This document shows positions 54,796 through 64,000 of a stretch of 64,000 bases of DNA, piece by piece. The notes under the pieces were generated by a model. The model was not told the origin of the DNA. It made no database searches and worked only from the letters and a program-made list of their open reading frames with translations. How positions within the stretch are numbered: the stretch's first letter is position 1; each line of letters starts with the position of its first letter. This stretch comes from Azolla caroliniana (taxonomy: Eukaryota > Plantae > Polypodiophyta). Made by a program: the position numbers and the translations under genes. The DNA lies in assembly GCA_043228905.1 (NCBI GenBank), contig JBHGNT010000001.1:26288001-26352000 (forward strand), read 5' to 3'.

Positions 54796-56997
54796 TGTTA
54801 AGTAATTAGTAATGTGTTGACCTTAAGCCTTTAAATAGGACCTTGTACTTAAGTGGGATATTCTAGATCCTCCACTCCTTAGTACATTTACTGTAGGACT
54901 TACACATAAGTACCTATGTTCTACCCACACATGTGCACCCTTGCACATGGGTTGTATATATACCTCATTGTGGGTATTTTTGTATGTTGATGACACTTTT
55001 CAATAGAGTCAATCACCCCCCATTTATCTTCGTGTTCATAAGTGTAACTTCCTCCCTCTCTCTCTCTTCCTCTCACACACTCACACACTCTCACGTGCAT
55101 ATCATACTAATCTTCCGCTACTTAACGTAACCATATAATTAGTCTCTAATTAACCCTAGGTAATTACCTAATTACTTAACATCGTATCAAAGTGCGTGGT
55201 TTAGGAAATCCACTAATCCCACCGCTTATTCGTGATTGTGTGTTCGAGACGCCGACGACAAATCCCGGCTATTCGCTATCCGCTACAATAGTGCCGCTAC
55301 GAAGGACGTGTACGCGACCAAGAGAAGAAAAACAAAACGGAAGACACAACAATCAACATGAACACACAAATGGGAAGCTCACTCCCTAGCGAAAAGCTAG
55401 ACCGAAGCAACTATTCATCTTGGGAGTACAAGATGAATCAATACCTTGTCGGCCAAGGGTATTGGAGCTACATCAACGGCGCACAAGAAAACAAACCTGA
55501 AATCACACACGCCAACTACCCAACGTGGGAGCAAGGTGCGAGTCGGGTAATGTATTGCTTGGCAACATGTGTAAACGACCACATGCTTAGCCACATTCGT
55601 GACACCAAGACGCCCAAAGAGGCGTGGGAAAATCTCAAGAAGATTTTCGCCGCGGACACATCCGCATGCAAGCTTCAATTCTGGCAAGATTTGAACAACA
55701 TACGACAAAAAGAAATGCCCGTGACGGACTACACCGCCAAGATCAAGAGCATTTGCGACTCGCTTGGCTCCATCAACGTCAACATCAACGAAGACGAGAT
55801 GGTGCAAGTATGCTTGGGCGGCCTTGCACAACGATTCAACCCGTTGAGAACGGCAATCTTGGCGAGAGATAACCCTCCCTCGTTCTTAAACCTCCAATCA
55901 ATGCTATTGGTCGAAGAAAACCACGTTCAATCAAAGACCAACACATCGGAAGGACAAATGCTCTTCACCGATACGAATGGTGCCCATAGACGAGGTCGAA
56001 GCGGAAGAGGTCAATTCGACCTATCCCACGAAGGGAATTCACAATTTCGGCAAGGAAACGGAAGCCATCAAGGAACCTTCACAAGAAAGGGGAGCTTCCA
56101 CGCCGAACAAGGTCGGCGAACGATGCCACCTACGTGTAACTATTGTGGAAAAATCGGCCATCGCGAAGAGGAGTGCCGAAAAAGACAAAGCGAGTCGGCT
56201 TCAACAAGCCGACAACTCACAAATTACGCCGTGAACGCGGAATATGCGGACTACGGCAGACTCTTCGTGATGAGGCATAGAGAGAACTCTATGATGGCTT
56301 CCGATCCCGCAAACTCAGCAAGCACCTCCAGCTCCGAACACGCGTGGTTCGTAGACTCCGACGCCTCGCACCACATGACGTCGCACCAAGAGTGGTTTCA
56401 TGACTTGCGAACGCCGGATCGACTCGGCTACATAGAGACCGGAGACGACACTCCGCATCCCATTCGGCACATCGGCGATGTCCCATTTGGGAAAGAAGGC
56501 GAGCAAACCTGCATTAAGAATGTCTTGCATGTCCCCACAATAACAAAGAATTTGGTCTCGGTTGGCCAAATCGTGGAGCAAGGCATGCAAGTCTGCTTCA
56601 TCGAGAAAGACGGCCGACTCATAGCCAAGGGACGGAGAGACGGTCGTTTGTTCATCCTCGACTCAAACGAGGTAAAATCGGCCATGTACGCCAAAGGTCT
56701 CAAGACCGAGACAAACATCGAGTTGTGGCACAAAAGAATCGGCCACGTAAACCTCCAACGGCTTCGCGGAATGCAATCAAAGGGAGTCGTAATCAGACTT
56801 CCGGCCTCCGAATCAAAACCGAGTGTGCGAAGCATGCCAACTCGGAAAACAATATCGACTCCCATTCCCGAAGGAGAGCTCCGCAAGCAAAGGCCTCCTT
56901 GACATAATCCACTCGGACGTATGGGGACCGGCTCAAATGCCGACGCTCGGCGGATGACGCTACTACGTCACCTTCATCGACAACCACTTGCGCTACG
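54796..56997 (+). mobile_element. 3'-truncated Ty1/Copia: LTR 54796-55181, degenerate Met PBS, gag-PR-pre-integrase ORF 55358-56902
   Basis: LTR ends TGTTAAGTAATTAG...CTAATTACTTAACA; TCGTATCAAAGT follows; CNYCGKIGHREEEC zinc knuckle, WFVDSDAS protease, LWHKRIGH, IIHSDVWGP. Confidence 0.92.
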
Positions 56998-57323
56998 CGT
57001 TGTTGTGTGGTTTTTCACACACGATATGAAAACTAGTAAAATAATTATTTACGATTAGCTTAATATATGGATATGAGCAGATAGATGTTTTCAAGAGCTT
57101 TATAGTGTATTTTACTACGCATAAAACGGATAAATAAATATCAAGTTATGTGAGTGTGAAGTTTGAAGAAAAGAAAAGAAAAGACAAAACTGTGAGATAT
57201 CCCACATAGATAGGACAACATTGGAACCCAGAATATATAAGGGAAACCAAAACATATTTATTCTATCAATGTGTGGAGCATAGAATGTTCAAGGTGACTT
57301 GGGCTACATTATGTGGTGTGCAT

Positions 57324-57905
57324 GCTATGGGTGTACGCCCGTGTGCATGGTTGCGTGGACGTCTTCGGACGTACGTGCACATGGATGTCTTCGGATATAC
57401 GTGCGTGTGCAAGTTTCGGGCGTACGCGTGGATGTTTTGGACGGACCCGTTTGTGCAGATGAGCGCGCGGCGCGGACTCGTTGATGCGTACACTACGACG
57501 CGGTCGAGAATTTTGCGTGCGGATGTGTACACGGTGCGGGTTGGACGTGTGCGCGCGTGGATGCGTACACGGCGTACGCGTGTGTGCAAGTTTCGGGTGT
57601 ACGCGTGGACGTTTCGGATGGACGCGTATGTGCGGACGAGCGCGCGGACGCGTTGATGCGTGCACTACGGCACGGTCGAGAATTTTGTGCGCGGATGCGT
57701 ACACGGTGCAGGTTGGACGCTATGGGTGTATGCCCGTGTGCATGGTTGCGTGGACGTCTTCGGACGTACGTGCACATGGACGTCTTCGGATATACGTGCG
57801 TGTGCAAGTTTCGGGCGTACGCGTGGATGTTTTGGACGGACCCGTATGTGCAGACGAGCGCGCGGCGCGGACTCGTTGATGCGTACACTACGATGCGTAC
57901 ACTAT
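57324..57905. repeat. CpG-rich nested tandem repeat (~395-bp period with ~175-bp subunits)
   Basis: GCTATGGGTGTA.GCCCGTGTGCATGG at 57324 and 57719; GTGTGCAAGTTTCGGG three times; many ACGCGT/CGTACG words. Confidence 0.9.
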
Positions 57906-58422
57906 GGCGCGGTCGGGACTTTTGCGCACGGACACATCTACGGTTTGGTTGCGACGGACGTATGGATTGCGCACGGGCTAAACTTTATGGATGATTGTGT
58001 CATTTGGCCGAATTATACGGACAATCGCATGTAACCAAAAGCCAAGGCCATGCAACTAAAAGTAAAAGGCATGCATCTAAAAATGGAAGCATACAACTAA
58101 AAGCAGAGGCCATGCAACTAAAAATAGAGGGCATCCAACTAAAAGTGGGCATGCAAAGTAACATTGGGAAAGAGGATCAACGAGGAACTTGATATATGTC
58201 CCATTTTTTCCCTCCTAGTTTTTTCTTTTCCCCTTTTTTTCTTCTTCCCTCTCGGATTCGAGAAACAAATTATCTCACATATTGATATCAAACTCCTAGC
58301 TTTGTTTACTTGATCTTTCTTGTCAAAAATTATCTCTGGTATTCATATCGGACCACTCCTTGCATGGTTGTTGGCTCCTTTCTTTGAAAAATTAATCTCT
58401 CATTTCTATACCCAATGTCATG

Positions 58423-58482
58423 ATATGGCAAGACTCGAACCCATGACCTTCGATTATATGGGTCGAGCTCTTGACCATTATA
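58423..58482 (-). other. tRNA-derived (SINE head-like) fragment
   Basis: Reverse complement TAATGGTCAAGAGCTCGACCCATATAATCGAAGGTCATGGGTTCGAGTCTTGCC has A-box and B-box spacing. Confidence 0.55.
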
Positions 58483-58490
58483 TCATCTAT

Positions 58491-60469
58491 TGTAATACGT
58501 AGGATATTATTTTCATTTACATTTTATTATAGGAAATTAATGTATATTCCAGATTTCTCTAGAACATTCTAGAAGCTTCAGGATTACTCCTGAGAACACT
58601 ATAAAAGAGGGCACTAGGCATTATGTTGAACCAAATTGGTTCAACGCCAGTCTTTAGCCTCATAGCCCTTTTGTATTTACTCTTCTTATAATATATAATC
58701 TGTTATCATCATCTCTCGTCCTCGCTATCTCTCTCTCCCTCTCTCTCCTCTACTCTCTTCCTCTCTCGGGAGTCTTACGCAGTCCCGTACCCTTAGTTCT
58801 AATAGTACTTCCCTTCTCTAGTACTAATTCTCTCTCTGTTTAGTACTAATCCTATCTCTGCTTAGTACTATTCCTGACAGTTTGAACCAATTTCCTCCTC
58901 TGTCTCTCTCCCTTCATACTAATCTCTTATTTCTCTTTTCTTTTCATCCCATGGCCACAGTTAGCGCTCAGGAATATCAATCTGTTTTCTCGGAGTTTCA
59001 ATGCTTGAAAGAGAAGTTCATTGCTTTGGAACAAGAAAATCAACGGTTGATGGGGGATCTTCAACAAATCTCCTTAGAAAAGCAGCAAACGCAACAACAA
59101 CATGGGGAACTTGCATTACGCGTGCAACAACTTGAAGCAACCATCCTAGCGATGCAACAACAAGGCCCCGGAACACAAGGGATTCATAAGGAACCCAAGA
59201 TTGGCCTTCCCACGAAGTTCGATGGAACACGATCGTAGTTTAGAGGGTTCCCTAATCAGGTACGATTAGTTATTCAAATGCATCCTTCCCGATATCCTAC
59301 CGATGCATCACGAGTGGGTTTAGTAGGGACGCTGTTAAGTGGCTCAACGTTGGCATGGTTCGCTCCACTGTTGGAAAAGGAGTCTCCATTACTCAACAAC
59401 TTTGAAGAGTTTATAGGTGAGTTTAAAGCATGCTTTGGGGATACTGACAGCATAAGGACCGCAATCAACAAAATCCGGTGATTACGCCAAGGAGACCGTC
59501 CAGCCTCTGCATACGCTGCAGATTTCCTTCTACTTGCCGCTGACATCCCTTGGGATGATCAAGCGCTGATGGAGCAATTTCGTTATGGTTTACGCAACGA
59601 AGTCAAGGATTTACTCTTGACTTTCCCTGAAGAGCCAAAATCCTTAACAGAAGCAATTAGTCGCGCAGTAAGATGTGATAACCGCCTCTTTGAGCGACGT
59701 TTGGAACGATAGCTACAGATGCTGAGGGCAAGATCAGAGCCCACCTACGCCTCAATGGTAGCAAAACCTTTACCCAGGGAATACTATAATGCGCCTCCAG
59801 TGAATACTCCAACTCCGATGGAGATTAACACTACACGTCGTCGAGGGCCATTATCCGAAGAAGAAAAGCAGCGACGCCGAACAAATCGACTATGTCTCTA
59901 CTGCGGTGGACCAGGACACATTGCAATCAATTGTCCCCATAGGCCAAGAAGACAGGTAAACCAAATAGTTGCTAGTTCTAATTGTATTAAACCCGAGCCT
60001 ACTACAATAGGGATATCTGATAGTACTAATAGTACTAATAGCCTAGATCTAGCGAACAAATTTGATGTCCTTAGTCAGTTAGAAGAAGAGTTAAACTACT
60101 AAGTCCAGCCAAAATAGGAGCCGTTTGGTTGGATAGCCCTAGATCTGTGTAGCCCATTAGTGGTTCCATTCCCTCTAAGCAAGTTAGCAATGTGTTCGTA
60201 GCCCAAGTAACAGTTAGTACTAAAAGTACCCCTCCAATACACGTCTTATCACTTCTAGACTCCGAAGCTAATTCTTACTTTATGGATAGGAATTTTGCCC
60301 AAGCTCATCAGATATCTCTTAGAAAACTTCCGTGGCCAGCCTCTGTAGTCGTCATTGATGGTCGTCCCATTGCTTCCGGAAATATCATAGAAGAGTCAGA
60401 ACCCGTTAATATTGTCCTAGATAACTTAGCATGTGTAGTATCATTTAACATTATTAGTATCCCAGAACA
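58491..60469 (+). mobile_element. Ty3/Gypsy chromovirus-type (Tf1/sushi/Tcn1-like): LTR 58491-58879, gag with stops, protease; cut by Copia insertion
   Basis: TG...CA LTR with TATAAAA; gag [46 protein letters not shown]; protease LLDSEANSYFMD. Confidence 0.9.
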
Positions 60470-63400
60470 TGAAGGGAACCCAACATTCCTTATGTCCAAC
60501 CGTCGGCCACAACCGAGCTTAGAATGATACACAGAAAAACGGGAAATAAAACGCGACACAAAGAAGGAGAGAAGATACACACACACTACACAGGAGGTTT
60601 ACGTGGAAAACCCCCAAACTAGGGGAAAAACCACGACAGCCCACAGGTTGCAAACTGTCACTATGTATGAATGTACAAAATAGTGAGTTCTCGGAGGCAA
60701 CGACCTCGGACTCACGCTCTTCGCCACAGGCGGCGGTTACAACAGAGGCAACGACCTCTTTCTCTCTCTCTCTCTGTACAGTTATGCACTCTCTCTTTTT
60801 CTTGCACCAACAAAGAAAAAATGACAACAACAACAACTGTTACTAAAAGTTTGCCCTAAGTCATATTTATACTAATATGACTTTTCGGCTATTTACAAAT
60901 GTAGCCTCGATGGGCTCTCAGAAACATATTTACGAATATGTCTCTTCATCCGGTTCTCACTGGGTCTGTACCATCCGGCTCTCCGTAGCCGGGTACTCCT
61001 CATATGGTTTCTTCTTCTCCCTTCCCATCTTGAGGGACCTGTCTCTCAACAAACTCCCCCTTCACTCCGGCATGGGGTGTCTTACCAGTCCGATCCTCTT
61101 CCGGCATGCGTCCAGCTTGTCGGGTATCAGCACTTTGGTCAGCATATCTGACCTGTTCTCGGCCGTGTGGATCTTCGTCAGTGCGAACTCCTGGTCATCT
61201 ACTCTTTCCCGGATCCAGTGATACCTCCGCTGGATATGCTTCGTCCGGGAATGGTAGGTAGCATTCTTAGCAAGGTGGATGGCACTTTGACTGTCGCAGT
61301 AGAGTCGGTATTCCTCTTGCCGTATACCGAGCTCTCCGATGAAGTCCTTCATCCATAAAATTTCCTTGCCGGCTTCCACAGCCACCATGTACTCCGCCTC
61401 TGCGGTTGACAATGCAACCGTCTTCTGCAGCCTCGACTGCCACGAAACAGCTCCCCCTACATATGTCATCACATACCCGGATGTAGACCGGCTGGTATCC
61501 ACATCAGCCGACATGTCCAAATCGGTGAAACCGTCCAGTTGAGGTTTTTCGGAGCCGAATCGGAGACACATATTTGAAGTGCCCTTCAAATACCGGAGTA
61601 TCCATTTGACCGCGTTCCAGTGCTCCTTGCCGGGATTACTCATGAACCGGCTCACCACTCCGACTGCGTATCCTATATCCGGTCGAGTACAAACCATTGC
61701 GTACATCAAGCTCCCGACGGCAGAGGCATATGGGATCTTCATCATATCCGCCTTCTTTGCTTTCGTCCTCGGGCTTTGCTTGCCGGATAGCCTGCAGTTT
61801 GCCGGAAGTGTCGATCCGACCGGTTTTGCATCTGACATGTTGAACCGGTGAAGCACCTTTGTCACATACTTCTCCTGTGACAGCCATAACTGCTTCACTG
61901 ACCGGTCCCGAATGATGTGCATCCCCAACATCTGTCTTGCCGGACCCAAGTCTTTCATTGAGAAGGTCCGGTTGAGAGCCTTCTTCAGCATCCGTATTTT
62001 GACTTGGTCACGTCCGACGATCAACATGTCATCCACGTATAGGAGGAGTATCAGGAAGTCCCCTCCTTCGAACCTCTTCACAAACACGCAGTGATCGGCC
62101 TGCGTCTTGTGGTACCCTTGATCGGTCATGAAGGAGTCGAACTTCCGGTACCATTGCCGGGGAGCCTGCTTCAGTCCGTACAGGCTCTTCTTCAACCGGC
62201 ATACCAGGTGCTCCTTCCCTTTCTCCACAAATCCTTCCGGTTGCTGCATGTAGATCTCCTCTTCGAGGTCGCCGTGAAGGAATGCCGTCTTCACGTCCAG
62301 CTGCTCTACCTCGAGGTCCATGCTTGCTGCTATACGCAGCACCGTCCGGATGGAGGTCATCTTAACTACCGGGGCAAATATCTCGTCGAAGTCCACGCCC
62401 TTCTTCTGCTGGAACCTCTTCACCACGATCCTGGCTTTGTATCTCGGGGGTTTGCCGGCATCTCCCGGTTTCAACTTGTACACCCGCTTGTTTCGGAGTG
62501 CCCGCTCTCCTTTCGACAGCTCCACCAATTCGTACGTATGGTTCTCATGCAGGGAATCCATCTCATCCTGCATGGCACTTAACCATTTTCGGCTGTGGGT
62601 GTCTTCCTTCGCTTCTTCGAAGCTTTCCGGCTCCCCCTCATCGGTCAGCAGAACATGCTCTGCATCTGGAAATCTCCGGGGGGCCCTTCTCTCTCTGAGA
62701 GGATATCTCCGTCTTCGGGCTTCGGTAACCGGCTCCTCCATTTGCTCTTCATCCGAATATGATTCGGGGTCTTGGCCGGTTCCGGTCTCAGCTTCCTCTA
62801 CTTCTTCTTCTGCCGGTTCGGTATCCTCACCGTAACCGGCTGGTTCCTCGAGTGCTAACCGGTGTCTTGCCGGTTGGGTCTGCTCATCGTAGAGTCTATT
62901 CTTACCGGTCGACTCGGAGTTCATTATCTTCTTCTCCGACTCCCAGTCGGCAAGCGTCTTGTCCTCCATGAAGATAATATCTCGACTCCGGAATACCTTC
63001 TTGTTGACCGGGTCCCACACTCGGTAGCCGAACTCATCGTCACCGTAACCGAGGAATATGCATGGCCGGGTCTTTGGATCTAACTTTCCTCTCCGGTCCT
63101 TTGCTACATGCACGTACGAGAGAAACCCGAACACCCTCAAATGCTGGTAGGACACTTCCTTACCGGTCCATACTCTCTGTGGCGTGTCTCCGTCCAAGGG
63201 TATTGAGGGTGATCTGTTTATCACGTATGTCGCCGTCGACAGTGCCTCAGCCCAAAACTTCTTGGGTAGTTTTGCATGCGCTAGCATACTCCGGACCCTC
63301 TCCATTATGGTCCGGTTCATCCTCTCGGCCAGTCCGTTTAGTTCCGGCGTCTTCGGCACGGTAAATTCGAGCCGGATTCCCTTTGAGCGGCAGTACTCCT

Positions 63401-64000
63401 CGAACTGCCCCCGGTACTCTCCTCCGTTATCTGCTCGAACTGCCTTCAGCTTCCGGCCGGTTTCTCTTTCCACTCTCGCGTGGAGCTCTTTGAAGACAGA
63501 TAACACCTGATCCTTCGTCTTCAACGGTGTGGCCCACAGCTTCCGGCGGTGGTCATCTATGAATGTCACGAAGTATTGCGATCCGGCATGTGACTTCGTG
63601 TCTACTTGACACACATCCGTATGCACCAACTCCAGTGGTGCATTACGTCTCATCGGTGGCCTTGGTCGGAAGGAGGTCCGGTTCTGCTTACCGGCCAGAC
63701 AATCAGTGCACTTCTCCAAGTGCACGTTCTTCACTGGAATGAGGTTGTCGTCTGCAAGACTCTTCATCCCCTTCTCGCTCATATGACACAGCCTCTTGTG
63801 CCACTGCTCACCGGCAGTGTCGGATGCCACGTTCACTTCTTCCGGACATAACCGGGCATTCATCAGGTACAACATGTTGACCTTCCGGGCCCGAGCCACA
63901 ATCAGGCTCCCTTTGCTGAACTTCATGACACCGTTCCGGATGCTACCTGTGTAGCCTTCATCATCTAGCCGACCGGCTGATATCAGGTTCAGACGAACTT
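60470..64000 (-). mobile_element. Ty1/Copia (Tnt1/Tork-like) with uninterrupted pol ORF 61062->63926 and 3' LTR 60470-61051
   Basis: WHKRLCH, LVHTDVC, RADNGGEY, NGLAERMNRT, QLDVKTAFLHG, LLYVDDML, ALSTAEAEY, TKHI; PPT AGGGGGAG next to LTR; LTR TG...CA. Confidence 0.97.

Noticed and set aside
57266-58034. Multiple 100-145 aa ORFs in all frames
   Set aside because: Artefact of a stop-poor tandem repeat.

Overview
Eukaryotic land-plant nuclear DNA, probably a non-seed plant such as a fern (inferred from the Tcn1/Tf1-like chromovirus and RTEX-like LINE). The left ~42 kb holds six intron-containing genes: the 3' part of ribonucleotide reductase large subunit, a Tudor + Enhancer-of-polycomb-like protein, a UPF0114/YqhA membrane protein, a plastid Fe-superoxide dismutase (FSD3-like), a peroxisomal polyamine oxidase with a candidate conserved uORF, and a NEET (CDGSH) protein. 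The right ~22 kb is a decayed tandem tRNA-Gln array split by nested retrotransposons (three Ty1/Copia, one self-priming Ty3/Gypsy, one LINE). The most unusual object is a 3.3-kb element (36280-39575) with a 5-bp TSD and three 433-bp LTR copies (forward, inverted, forward). Every internal LTR end carries a tRNA-PBS-like motif, there is no clear polypurine tract, and a ~540-bp hairpin is present. Several LTR insertions sit just upstream of tRNA or tRNA-like Pol III promoter sequences. All calls and exon coordinates were read by eye, with no database searches.
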